DNA of 63,888 nt, filler included, from Octopus bimaculoides (lineage: Eukaryota): the NCBI RefSeq assembly GCF_001194135.2. It is 10 parts of 8 records of this genome, joined end to end, with 100 filler letters (N's around TTAATTAATTAA, not from the genome) between each part and the next. Parts side by side here need not be neighbours in the genome. Positions count along the whole stretch, not along the records: positions 34,133 to 39,705 come from NC_068999.1; positions 39,806 to 44,080 come from NW_026330432.1; positions 44,181 to 55,205 come from NC_068997.1; 7 more parts are not named here. One strand, written 5' to 3'. This document shows positions 38,750 to 51,825 of this stretch, one piece after another. The translations under genes and the position numbers were made by a program. Under the pieces are notes generated by a model. That model was given only the letters and a program-made list of their open reading frames with translations, was not told where the DNA came from and ran no database searches. The stretch's first letter is position 1, and every line of letters starts with the position of its first letter.

Positions 38750-39909
38750 TACGTATGTGCCTATGTGTTTATGTATGTATCTGTGTTTGTCTGTATTTCT
38801 CTTCGTGTGCTCTCGTAGGTTTTTTCCGTATGTTTTTGTGTAAGTTTTTCTTCTTGCTCTCTTATTCTATGTTTACACTTGTGTTACCTTCTGAAGGGTT
38901 TTTTTTCTGTTTGCTTGTTTGTTTGTTTGTTCGTTTATCTGTTTGTTTGTATGTGTGTATGTATGGTGTGTTCTGGGGTTCCTTGCTCTGTCTTTTACCA
39001 TTTCATATTAGTTTTTGCCTTAGCTGTATGTTCTCTTATTTTTTGTTTTTAACTGATTTCCTTGTTCTGTTCAGCCATTTTTTTCTTCTGAAATTCTCTT
39101 GCTGTTGTTGCTCACGTTGTTATTATTGTCATTGTTGGTGTGGGTCAGTATTGCTTTTTTATTTTTTATTTTTTATTTTTCAATATATTTTTGTTTGTAA
39201 ATTTTATTTCTAGGTTTTCTTTTCTGTTGTTTGTTTTTCTTACATTTCCACACACTTTTCCGAATGCATCAAGGATAAAAAGCTGTTAGAATTTTCGTTT
39301 TGGAACTTTCTAGAACTTATCGCTTCCTTTATTGATCCTTCTATGAGTATCTTTTCCTCCTTCCTTCTTCACTCCTTCCCTTCGTTCTTCTTTTCTTTCT
39401 TTCTCACATTTGCTTCAATTTTTTTATTTTAATATTCTTCTTTTCTTTACCATTTTCCTAAGCAATGGAATAGACAACTTGAAAGATCTTGCTTTGGGTT
39501 TCGGTTTTTTCTTTACCCTCCTTACTCTTGTAGTTTTGTCATTTCTTAAGAATTTCTAAATTTGTGTGTGCATATGTGTGTGTGTGTGTGTGTGTGTGTT
39601 TTCTATGTTTGTGTGCCTGAACGTATATATCTACCTGCACATGTATTTGTGTATACATACATACGTATATGTATATGTATATATTTATATACATACACAC
39701 ACACANNNNNNNNNNNNNNNNNNNNNNNNNNNNNNNNNNNNNNNNNNNNTTAATTAATTAANNNNNNNNNNNNNNNNNNNNNNNNNNNNNNNNNNNNNNN
39801 NNNNNGGAGTTGAGCCCATGTGGCGCAAAGGAGCGAAGATAGAAGATTAATCCATATATATATATATACGTGTATATATATGTACATACGTATATATATG
39901 TGTATAAGT

Positions 39910-39942
<33 letters not shown>

Positions 39943-40932
39943 CATACCAATTTTTATTGATCAATCAACCTGTATGTATTTACCATCTTTATGTTATGTA
40001 CTGTACATGTATATATATCCATATATTCATATGTATGTGTATCTGTATAAGCTGTCATTCGATCTCGTCTACTCGTTCCCTCTAACTATTTATCTACTTA
40101 TCCACCTTTATCCCTACCTACCTATCTACTTGTCCGCCAACCTGCCTGCCTACCTGCCTGTCTGCCTGCCTACTTGCCTACCTGCTTATCTGCCTATCTA
40201 TCCATCTATCTGGATACAAACATACAGAAACAGGTATGGACACACAAATGAATGTATACGTACGCACATATTTATAAAACATACATAAAGACGCATACAC
40301 ACACATTTGAATACATACATTCACGCACGCATATACACACACGTATATAATATTTTTGTATTTTTTACTGTCTATATCACTTTCTATTTCGATTTCGTTC
40401 TCCTTATATTCAGATGGTAGTGAAAGACAGATGGTAGTGGGGAAGGTGGTGGTGGTGACGGTGGTGGTGTTGGTGAAGGTGGTGGTGGTGTTAAAAAGAG
40501 GAAATTATTCTTGTATTATTTTGCTATTCCCATTCAGTTCTCTCTTGTATTGCTAATGATCAAATCTTAAACCTATTGAGAGATGGACGAAGAGAAAACA
40601 TAGTGTTATTCAAACATTTCGAAAAGCAATAAATCCAAATACACACACACAGACACACACACTCATAGACGCGCACGCACGCACAGATACACACAGACTA
40701 GCACACAACGGTACGTACATACATGCGCATAAGTACGTTGGTATACATTTTATGTATGNNNNNNNNNNNNNNNNNNNNNNNNNNNNNNNNNNNNNNNNNN
40801 NNNNNNNNNNNNNNNNNNNNNNNNNNNNNNNNNNNNNNNNNNNNNNNNNNNNNNNNNNNNNNNNNNNNNNNNNNNNNNNNNNNNNNNNNNNNNNNNNNNN
40901 NNNNNNNNNNNNNNNNNNNNNNNNNNNNNNNN

Positions 40933-40981
<49 letters not shown>

Positions 40982-41143
40982 CACACATATCCATACATGC
41001 ATAAATACAGATTTATATATCTCTATATAAATATATATAAGTACACACACTTTTATACACTTATACACAATACATACAAATATATATAAATATGTGTGTA
41101 TATATATGTATATTATAAATATACATATATGCGTGTCTATGTG

Positions 41144-41193
<50 letters not shown>

Positions 41194-41885
41194 TATGTAT
41201 ATATGTGAAGCAAATAATAAATGAGTATATGCATATATACGTACAGGTATGTGCTTACCTATGTCTACCTGTATATATAGGTACATATCTGGGAACAGGA
41301 CATGCAAACGAAACGTAGACAAGAAAATAATAATAACCAGAGTACAGAAAACACACAAGCCACATAGAGAACATTTTCCTTCATCGGCTACCCCCGTTCT
41401 AACACAGGCGTTTCGAAGTGTAGGGCAAGACGCATCGTTAAAATGGCTCTTCCCATGGACCGCAAATGAAATTTGTATACACAAATTAAACCTGTGCCAT
41501 GGAGGAATGTCGTGGCGGACAAAAAACAAGACAGGAAAACAAACGGAAAAGAAAGCAAGACAGGAAAACAAAAGGAAAAGGCTATGCGTCCAGACATGAA
41601 AAAATATGTGTATATGAACGTTGTGAGGCACGAACTGAAAAAGACGGGACGAAGTAAGTTCGAGTGTTTGCTCGGCGATAGCCAAGGAAGAAAAGGATTA
41701 ATGACCGGAAGCATGTGACCAGGGAGGGGTAAGGAAGAGAGAAAGTGGTAGAGGAAGAAACAAGGAGAGGAAGTAGAAGGGATAGGTGAGCAACGAGTGA
41801 AAGAGAGGAAGAGAAAAATATAATATATGTGTGTGTGTATATATATGTATATTATAAATATACATATATGTTATATGTGTGTGTG

Positions 41886-41921
<36 letters not shown>

Positions 41922-42873
41922 CACATGTATAGACAGGCAGACAAGCAGACACGCACAAGCACACACACATTCACTTTATATATTTATATACATATATACG
42001 TGTAATAAATATACCTGTTTCTAGTTATATATGTATATTTATATATATGTTTGTGTGTTTGTCTGTGTGTGTAATAGACTCAGGCACACATATATACGCA
42101 CATAATATATGAGTATGGGACGGTACTGAGATCGTGTGGGCGCCGTGAAGACATACAGTATGAATTGAACATTTCATATCTTGCGCGCGTCATCTCTCCA
42201 TATCTGAATCTCTTTCCATTAGAGAAAAGAATGTGAGGAAGCCACAGAGAAAAAGAAGCGATTACAACACTGAACTGGTACTTTTTTTTAACAACTGCTA
42301 CAGAGAGAAAGGCTAAACCAGCCCCGGCAGCATGTAAGGTTATATCTAAGAAAACTGTGATGACTATCAATTTGTGTGCCAACTCTGGGATAAGTATTAA
42401 AAACAAAAACAGCAATAGCAGGAAGGTCGACTGTAGTAAATTATCTGTTACTTGTTTCTGTCATTTGATTGCAGTCATACATTATTCGAACGGCTGTTGA
42501 TTCTCCTGATTTTATCCACCCTTTCGTGGGCCTTGCATCTCATCCCATAGGTTGTCTCAAAACTACCCGACTCACTGAGCAGGCTTGGTGGCGTTGTTGA
42601 TTTAGTTCGCGATGGCCCGAACATGCAGCAAGCTTTAACTGGGTTATGTGTAACACTCAAGTACGACATGACAATGTACATATATATATATGTCTAATTT
42701 TGAGTACGCATTCTCACACTGAGTGAAGTTACAGTAGGATCTAAGAAAATACTTATTTAAGCAATCATCTGAAAATGCTTGCCCAAAGGTGGGCACCTTG
42801 GATGTATGATAATCATGGCACTACATCTCACCGATATATTACAAGTACAAAAATGTGCCAAAACTATTGAAGT

Positions 42874-43005
42874 TCATTATTTACATTATTTGTCCTCATC
42901 TTGTTTCTTGTTAACACAACGTTTTGGCTGATATATCCTCCAGCCTTCTTCAGGTGTCTTGCGGAATTTTCGAAACTGGGTTCTCATTCCTAAGGTATTT
43001 TTCGA

Positions 43006-43040
<35 letters not shown>

Positions 43041-43184
43041 TCACTGCCTGGAATCGATCTCGGAATCTTGGGGCTAGTAGCCCGCGCCATTAACCACTAC
43101 GCTATATACCCACGGGCACATCGCGTAGTGGTTAAGAGCGTGGGCTACTAACCCCAAGATTCCGAGTTCGATTCCTGGCAGTGA

Positions 43185-43216
<32 letters not shown>

Positions 43217-43347
43217 GCATCTAAAAATATCTTAGGAATGAGAACCCAGGTTCGAAATTTCCCCCAAGACACCTGATGAAGGCTGGAGGGTTAACAACAA
43301 CCAAGATGAGGACAAATATCAGTCAATTGTAACTAATGTACATAATT
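42874..43347. mobile_element. Head-to-head palindromic element: [tail-HHR-(TAA)n-tRNA head] inverted about ccc-ac-ggg
   Basis: Arms are reverse complements centred at 43112-43113. tRNA-like heads lie at 43039-43111 (-) and 43114-43186 (+), with A box tagtggttaa and B box gagttcgattcc. The left HHR has G12>A; the right HHR has lost stem II'/GAAAC. Confidence 0.92.
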
Positions 43348-43811
43348 CGTTATTTTAAATCAAACGTATTTTATTCTATTTTGTATCATCTATTAATATA
43401 AACACTACACATACTAAAAAACTTCTGATGTATACCCAGTAGCAGAAGCATTTTCCCCTATATGATGACATCAGATAGCCAGAAACTCTGGATGAACTTT
43501 GCTTGGCAATCTACAAGTTTTTTTTTCCAGATTTTGTCTTATTGAACTATATATATAAGTACACGCCTAGAAGACATTCTGCCTTTTCCTCTTCGGTGGT
43601 TGGACTGAGGGAAATTGCACCAGATCTAAACTTGTTGTTCGATAGCTGATAATCAAGTGCAATAAATATTTGGACATGTTAACAATGAGTTTAACCTTAT
43701 TATTGTGCCAGCTCGGTGCCAAAGTCTGCTACGGATGCCAAATAATCACCTTAGTCGATTTTAAAACCACAAAGAAGACAGAGACGTTGTGAGAAAGAAT
43801 GAGAAAAGGAA

Positions 43812-43929
<118 letters not shown>

Positions 43930-44926
43930 GGGAGAGTTAGAATGATGTAGAAAGGGGAAAATACGAAGTATTAAATTTTGCATAAATATATAAATTATAC
44001 ATAGTTTTGAAATGTGGTCATGGATAATTATTCAGGAAGACGAAGAAAACATACATACATACATACATACATACATACATNNNNNNNNNNNNNNNNNNNN
44101 NNNNNNNNNNNNNNNNNNNNNNNNTTAATTAATTAANNNNNNNNNNNNNNNNNNNNNNNNNNNNNNNNNNNNNNNNNNNNAGGGGAGGAGGGTGGAGGGG
44201 AGGAGGGGGAGGAGGAGATTTAGCTGCTCTTTACTACTGGCTGTTACCACATACAGTATCAGCTCACCGGCTCGTATATAAGCTTATTGTTGTTGCAAAT
44301 GTTGTTATTGCTTTTGTCGTTACTGTTTTTTTTTTATAGATACCATTATTGTTTTGCTCCTGGTTAGGCCTGATTGAACAGGCTTATAATTCAAAACTAA
44401 AAGGAAAACTAGAGTGAAACCGAAGTAAGTTGGTGTCAGGATTCTGAAGAAAACATATTGAGGAGGCCATTATAGGTATTACAAATAGATATTAATTGAA
44501 CTTCACTGAAAAATTTAGTAAAGAAACTGATATGAAACAGCTTATTGAAAAGTGTCTGTGTTGTGAACAATGTCGTCTGCCGGTTGAGTCATTGAAGTGA
44601 ACAGAAATATTATGTATCACAAAGAAATTACTCAAAATATAAATATATGTATATATGAAACAGAACGGGATATATTTAGAGAAATATACGTAGACCAAAA
44701 TTTATTGAAATTTATATATTTTTCGTTGTCCTATTGTTGGCAAAGACGGTGTTGGCGATGGTGAGCTGGTTGTCTGTGTAAAGTTCATACATAATGTTTG
44801 GATAAGCAATGGACCTATAGTTTTCTGACAATTCAATGTATTCATTCTAAACTCCTTCTTCATACAAAGAAGTCAACAAAAATATTGTAGACATACACTC
44901 TCTCTCACACACACACACACTGATAA

Positions 44927-44967
<41 letters not shown>

Positions 44968-45617
44968 CAGACAGGCAGACACACATGCGCACTCACGTAC
45001 GTATATACATACATACATACATACATACATACATGTACAGTTAAGCACATAAATCGAAACACACTGCTTCTCCAAGCAAAGAGGAAAATGTAGTGGTGCT
45101 TGATTATATAATATCGACATTAAAGCCGACATATGTACCACAGGGATCGCAGAAGCGGTGGTGGTGATGTGTCTGCATTGTTAATGCAAATACTATAAGG
45201 TCTTACATATGAAATAGAGTTGAACAATTTCGATTCACTGAGGAATGTTTCATACAAGGAAACGAAATAGCCACGTCAATTTAGCGGTATTTCCTCTCCT
45301 TCCATTAGGCAACACTTCGGTGTCTAACTGTTCCTTTTAAGGCATATGCACATTGAGTAGTTGCCCGGGAGCCTCACGGGTCTGGAGAATACTGTGGCTT
45401 GCTAACAATAAATACTGAAGGGCCCAGAGTATTGATTTGCTCGGGGTCAATAATGCTGCTGAAACGGCTCTGGTGTCTATTCACAACTAAGTCAAGTCTG
45501 TCGGTTTGTATTCCTGTATGATGTTTATAGAACTGTTGTTTGTGCTTAAATATCTTTGTATGTATTTATTTCTTATCTGTCTGTGTTCCTACACTAAATA
45601 TGAGTGTTTATGCATTA

Positions 45618-45726
<109 letters not shown>

Positions 45727-46149
45727 CATACTGTGGTGGTGTGCGCACATTGGTATTGACTGCCGACAAAAAGGAGAGTTGGTGAGAAGAATTGACTCAT
45801 TAATTCGCCAGAAAATACCATTCATATACACATTCAATCACACATAAACACATGCTTACGTATTTGTAAAGTCAATACAATGCGTTTATGGCTTCAAACA
45901 TTTCCTCAAAATCACTACTAATATGTTAACCACATAACTATGAAGTTGTGGTCGTATTATAGTAGTGGTAGTTGTTTACAAGTACCACTGCCTCTGTTGC
46001 TTCCTTTCCTTGCCCTTCCTTTTAGTCTCTGGGTCTCCCTCATTCTTTCACACGCACTCTCTCTCGCCACTCTAATAGGGGCGCCTTGTTTAAAAATGTT
46101 CTGGATTGGTCGGAAACTCTTCTACTTAAATCGTCTACAAGATTCTTGA

Positions 46150-46540
46150 TTATGGGTTGAGGATGGTTGGAATTTTTGTACTGTGTTTGGATTCATCTCT
46201 TCACTCTCTGTAGCGATGGATTTTGCCCGTTTGTAAATATCGTGTATTCTCTACAAATTTAGTTACAATTAGACTGATGCCAATTGTGTTGTTAAATTCG
46301 TATAGCTTGGATATTCCTGTCACGTGTTTTCTAAATTTATTCATGGTGGGACCATTCGTGTTGCATGAAATTGCTAACAAATCGCCATATAACGTCTTCC
46401 GGTCAATGAGTAACCGCTCCACTGGGGTCCCACCAAAATATCCCTACTTCTCAGTTCATTTCATCGTAGCCTGGACGACAGCGAATCGTATAAAACCTTC
46501 AATGCCTTCAAGTAAATCATTCATGAATATAAACACTATC
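46150..46540 (-). pseudogene. Very degenerate non-LTR RT relic (CR1/L2-like)
   Basis: Minus strand VFIFMNDLLEGIEGFIRFA resembles the LFxxYxNDL...FADD region, followed by TLYGDLLAI. Weak similarity only. Confidence 0.35.
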
Positions 46541-46599
46541 TGTATATTAATGATCGCAACCCCAAAATAAATGATCAATAAATTTCAAATAAGAGTAGT
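46541..46599. repeat. 59-bp perfect inverted repeat, left copy (partner 51029-51087)
   Basis: tgtatattaatgatcgcaaccccaaaataaatgatcaataaatttcaaataagagtagt. The exact reverse complement is at 51029-51087. Confidence 0.95.
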
Positions 46600-47329
46600 C
46601 TGTGTATTTATATATGTGTTTGTGTGCGCGCGTATGTGCGTGCGTGCGCGCGCGTTTGTTTGTGTGCGTGTGCGTGTGTGAGTAAACAACGGGATCTGTA
46701 CAGTTTCTCTCTCCCAAATACCGTTCAAAAGATACCGAGAAACCAAACCTATGGTAGAAGATATTTGTTCAAGATACCCCAAAGTTGCATCAAGCTCAGA
46801 ACCACCTGAATCTACAGTAACATATATTCTAACCAAATACTCATGGTAATGCTGCATACATACATACATACATACATACATACACACACACATACATACA
46901 TACATAGATACATACATACATACATACATACATACATACATACATACTTCAATAAAATGTAAGCACAATAGACCTGATATAATGATTTGGGACAGAGAAA
47001 AGAAATTGGGAAAGTTGAAGAAATCAGCTGCCCAGTGGATGCTAAGACAAGGCTGAAGATCAGCATTGGTCGATCAGGGGTGTTGTAAAAAATGCTTACT
47101 CAAAGTGCCGCGCAGTGTGACTGAACCCGAATCTATAAGGTTGCTATGCGAGCTTCTTGATACACCCATGCCTTAACTGAATTTTTCTTTTTACCCTAAT
47201 TTCAATTTTTCAATAGCTCTGTAACGCTTAACACTCAAAGACAACTTAAGGTTTATATTTTGCTAAATATTTTCGCAATTGAATACTAGAGTATTTATTT
47301 TCCAAACGAAAAACGGACCAGAAAGTCGG

Positions 47330-48150
47330 TTTTCTGCAAATGAAAAGTAAAATATTCACTCAGCTTTAAAGAGGAAAGAGTTCCATAGAAACTGTGAAAT
47401 AGTTTGATATAAACGAAGCAACTGTTAACACAATTAAAAGAAACGAAGGAAAAACCAGAGCCAGTATAACTGCAGGATTTTCAATATGCTCAAAACACGT
47501 TATACATATGTAGTAATATTTTGGAAACAATAGAAAATAACTCCATTGTTTTGGAATGAAGATAAAACTCTAAAAATTATTGGTTTTCGACACTTTTACT
47601 GTAAGACAATAAGTAGAAAGAATTTTCATTGAAATCAGCATTACATATCAAACATCTAAACAGCGACATCCTGGATTTTAAGGCAGTGAGGAATGGTTAA
47701 AGAATCCTTTGAAAGAAAGCTTTCTAAATAATATCAAATTGCATGGCGAAATTGCTGAAAAATTTGTTATAGTTAGCTAAAAAAAAAATGAAGACGGTTC
47801 TTCTTTAAAACAAATATTTAATGCTGATGAAATTGGTCAATGAATGAATATGCCAAAGAAAACTTTTATATCAAGAATAGAAAACAATGGTTAGCGAATT
47901 CAAAGCATTTAAAGATCGAATTGTAGATTATTGCTAAGCTGTAATGCATTTGATGACTCTTTAATGAAACCGTTTTAAATGCATACAGCTCATAATCCAT
48001 AAGTCGTGAAAGAACTGATAAAAAAAGCTGCACTCCCAGTTTATTGCCAAATGAAAAATATCTTGGATGACTGCTGCAATATTCGGAAATTGGTTACATC
48101 AGAGCATTGTTTGTGAAGATGAAATTTATGCAACCAACTGGGGAAAAAAG
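47330..48150 (+). pseudogene. pogo/Tigger-like (CENP-B/DDE_1) transposase relic
   Basis: Frameshifted motifs FDINEATVNTIK (HTH), FKA..WL, NIKLHGE, KQIFNADE, MPKKTFIS, FKAFKDRI, KP..HNP, LPVY..SWMTAAIF.NW. Confidence 0.85.
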
Positions 48151-48974
48151 AAGACAGAATATAACTTTAATGAGCGATGAGGAAAGCTTCTAACAATGCA
48201 GGAAGTTTTTAAAACCTTTATATTTCGGGTGCAAATGCACATCTTCAGAAGGGTACAGTCAAAGAAACGTGTGTCTACGTAGATCCTGCTATTTTGGAGA
48301 ACTGGAATGGGCAGTGATAACTTTAACATCTTCAAATGAAAATAATAGTCAACAAGATAAACACTGCATATATAGGTAAAAATTTACACGATTTTCTTCT
48401 TTATTGGTTTCGATCATTGGACTGGGACCATACTAGAGCACCTCCTTCAAAGGTTTTATTTCATCGTTTCGACCACAGAGGTTATTTCAGTTTGGTAGTT
48501 ATTTAATTAACCCCGTTTTCGAGCCACTAAATTACAGGACGTAGTGACACACTTTTAAATAATAACAGACTTTACATTGGTGAAAACATCAACACGAATA
48601 TAGACACAAACAGACATACATAGACATTTTTATATTGTAAGTAATCTTGGAACCTGTTCCAAACTCAGGGAAACGAGGTGAGAAATAACAGAAACAGTAG
48701 AGAAATTTCGAAAGGGAGAAAATGAACAATTTTCACAAACAGATGGAAAATGTCTAAGTTGATAGAGGTTGGTAGAAAACCCTTAAGTGCTGGATACAGT
48801 TCTTTAACAACTTCGATGTAAACAATGCTGAAGTGATGTCGACGGTCAGTGACGACGCTTAGGAAAAAAATTGGTGAAGGCCAAAAACCAGGGCCACGAA
48901 TTATTGAGCCTGCTGGATTGTTGGATTGAGAAAAAACAGAATTTTAGTTAACAAGGAATTGCTTGCAAATAAAA

Positions 48975-49220
48975 TTTTGCATTCTACTATGTAAGGAGCA
49001 TAGGACCGGTTTCCCCGTTTCTCTGGCGTAAATATTCCTCCCTTGATGGGATGCTGGTTTATAGCAGGATTCCTCATTTTTCCCAGTTAAGTAGTCTGGA
49101 GAAAGTGAAATGAAATGTTTTACCCAAGAACACAACACCCGGTCCAGGATTCGAAACCACAATCTTATGATCATTAGTACCCTTGACTAATACCCCTAAC
49201 CACTAAGTCACGAGCTTGTT
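48975..49220 (-). mobile_element. SINE family C
   Basis: gaacacaacacccggtccaggattcgaaaccacaatcttatgatc...cctaaccactaagtcacg. Confidence 0.75.
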
Positions 49221-49492
49221 TTTGTCTTCTTTTAATGATAATATCATTAAAACAAATCACACTAGATTTAAACGATTTCGATTTACACGCTAAACTGCGA
49301 AATGAATCTGTGTAAACAATGGGTAATTATGCTTTATATATACATGTATGTATGTATGTATGTATGTATGTGTATGCATACACACATACAATACACATAT
49401 ATGTATACACACACATACACACACAAACGCACACATATATATATATACACATACATACATACATACATACATACATGCATACATACATACAT

Positions 49493-49527
<35 letters not shown>

Positions 49528-50434
49528 TAGATATAGAAATATATGTATCCTTGAGTGAGTTTTCCTGATGACGTATCTGTGAGGGAATTCTTCTGAGATG
49601 CGCTTTAGAAACAAACCCACACGATTTCTAACGCAATTCTATTGTATATTCAAGAAAGACCAGTTTTCTGCAGATCAGACTTTTGTTTCTTTAGATAAGT
49701 CACGTTGATATGATAATGTAGTAAACAGTTATGCCGTGCTGATCTAGCGTCGATGAAGTCTGATACGGCGTTTTTATTAGCATTCTTTAAGTGGGTGGAC
49801 TACGTTAACAATAAAGCAACTGACATGTTCAACACAATTTATAAAACCCTATTGTTGTGATATATGAGTAATGTAACAGTGCTAATAGGAAGCTTATAGG
49901 AATAGTGTGAACTGGAGTACTGTATATTCCTGCTAAACTGGTCCTTGGGACCGGGGCAATTCCGGATTATCAACTATACCGGTGTATTGAAACTCAACAT
50001 TAAATAAACAAGCAATTTTTTTAATGTCTTCTTTGCTTCTGACAAATTAAGGGTTAAACTGTCACACTTTTTTAAAAATCTTTAAACCTCCCAAATGTAA
50101 ACACAAAGGCCATCACGATCCCTGTTTCCTTTGATTGTTCGGCATTTTCACTAAAATCGGCAATTCTTAGGTCGTCGTTAAATTAAAAGCAGCTTTTAGT
50201 TTTAAAACTTTTTATTATTTTCAAATGCTTGCCACATATCAACACATTTACTTGTCTCTGAACCAGCCATAAATTGGATTAATTTGTCGTTTTGTTTGTT
50301 AATGCTATAAATTGCTGGAAAACATGGCGTTGTGGTTTACGCTTCTTTTCAAACGCTATGTTATTTCAATTTCCGATTGTAATGTGGGAATTATACACTT
50401 TCTTTCCCTCACTCTTTCACATATTGATTGCAAA

Positions 50435-50610
50435 TTTTGGCACAAGGCCAGCAATTCCAGCGGATTGGGTAAGTCGATTACATCAACCCCAGAATCAATT
50501 GGTACTTATTTTATCGACCCTGAAAGGATGAAAAGCAAGGTCGACCTCGGTGGTATTTGAACTTAAAACGTAATGGAGTGCTAACGATTCTCCAAGCTCA
50601 CCGCCTTACA
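50435..50610 (-). mobile_element. SINE family B
   Basis: aaattttggcacaaggccagc...ggtacttattttatcgaccctgaaaggatgaaaagcaaggtcgacc...gctcaccgcctt. Confidence 0.85.
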
Positions 50611-51028
50611 CCCTTTCTCATATTAGTCATAATCACTATCATTGGAAGATATTTTTAGAAACGGGTGGATAATCTATAGGTACATAAAAACAGATACAAA
50701 ACATTTAGGTCCTGAAGACATTTCCTCTCAACGTGAAGGTAAATACAGATAGAGCAATGCCGGTGGTCCGTGATGGTGCTAGAAAAATTACTGAAGCGCA
50801 AAAGATGCTAGTTTATTGGGTCACGAATTAATGGGATTTCACCGTATTCAATACCAACAAAAGAGAGAGCGTACAATGACAATGTGAACATGGAATGGCT
50901 ACACTGTGTGAGACGCCATGTCCCTTAAAAGCTCTGGTCATACCACTGTAACCAAACCAAGAAGCAAGATGTGGAACCTTTACATGAAATATATTGGACA
51001 GTAATCGATAAATTTTTATTTGTTATAA

Positions 51029-51087
51029 ACTACTCTTATTTGAAATTTATTGATCATTTATTTTGGGGTTGCGATCATTAATATACA
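51029..51087. repeat. 59-bp perfect inverted repeat, right copy
   Basis: Exact reverse complement of 46541-46599. Confidence 0.95.
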
Positions 51088-51129
51088 TCGTTTTAATACA
51101 TCCGGACTAATTTTATATGAAGAAAGTGT

Positions 51130-51432
51130 GTAGACGCTGGTATAACTGTGTCGTTAAGAATTTCGTTATGCAATTACCTGGTTTCAAGTTCGGTCCCATT
51201 GCACGGCACTGTGGGCAGCCAAAGATTTGTAAGTGAAATTTGTGGACAGAAACCAAACATATGTCCGTCGTAAATATGGACGTGTATAAGTGTGCTTACG
51301 TTTATGTCCGGTAACTTAACTTTTCGATAATTAGATTTGATCAAATAAGTCCTTTGGTCAATGTAATCGACTAAACCTTTCGATGCGGTGCTCCAGTATG
51401 AGCAGTCTAAAGTCTAAAACCAATAAAAGAAT
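51130..51432 (+). mobile_element. Old near-full-length SINE family A
   Basis: Head ...caagttcggtcccattgcacggcac to tail gcggtgctccagtatg. Confidence 0.7.
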
Positions 51433-51620
51433 AAAAAATGCTAACTAAATGGAATTGTTCTCTAAGATCTGAATAAAATTTTTAAAATCCGTTGAGAATA
51501 ATTTAGAAAAGTGCTGAAAATAGCTAAGGAAGTGAGAGATTGGCTTTAGAGATACGTCACAGATATGGATTCTCAGTTTCCCAGAATTCGTTATTTTAAA
51601 TGTGTGTAAAAAGATACATA

Positions 51621-51770
51621 CGACGGGGAGCTGAAAAATTCCTGGCTTTTGGGTAAAAGAAAGTACAGGAGGATCAGGCGGATTTTATTCAACATATTCC
51701 CCTCTCAGATTCACACACTTATTGCGTCGTTTCGCGATACCCTTAAAGCCAGGAACTTTTCCGCACCCCC
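51621..51770. mobile_element. Tc1/mariner-type MITE
   Basis: TA-flanked. TIRs cgacggggagctgaaaaattcctggcttt / aaagccaggaacttttccgcaccccc. Confidence 0.85.
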
Positions 51771-51794
51771 TATATATACATTCATATATACATA

Positions 51795-51825
<31 letters not shown>

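Noticed and set aside
41380-41420. Permuted HHR-like motif on the minus strand (GAAAC...CCGAUGA)
   Set aside because: Core mismatch and no consistent helices.
43114-43186. tRNA gene with an apparent ACT anticodon
   Set aside because: Acceptor, anticodon and T stems have mismatches, and it is the head of a repeated element.
42874-43347. CRISPR-like or viral structure in the palindromes and satellite
   Set aside because: No equal-length repeat-spacer array and no cas or viral ORFs; the context is eukaryotic.
44181-44217. G-rich tract, possible G-quadruplex
   Set aside because: Simple (GGA)n/(GGG) repeat at a contig edge with no functional context.
44700-44850. Minus-strand peptide ELYTDNQLTIANTVF resembling a LINE endonuclease motif
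   Set aside because: Too short and unsupported by flanking motifs.
49563-49615. CUGAUGA + 7-bp stem + GAAAC hammerhead-like motif
   Set aside because: Five extra nucleotides lie between the stem and GAAA, and there is no stem III, NUH or stem I. At best a decayed relic.
50709-50738. 30-nt symmetric microexon (GPEDISSQREG) with GTAAAT donor
   Set aside because: The acceptor lacks a pyrimidine tract and there is no supporting neighbour; likely chance.
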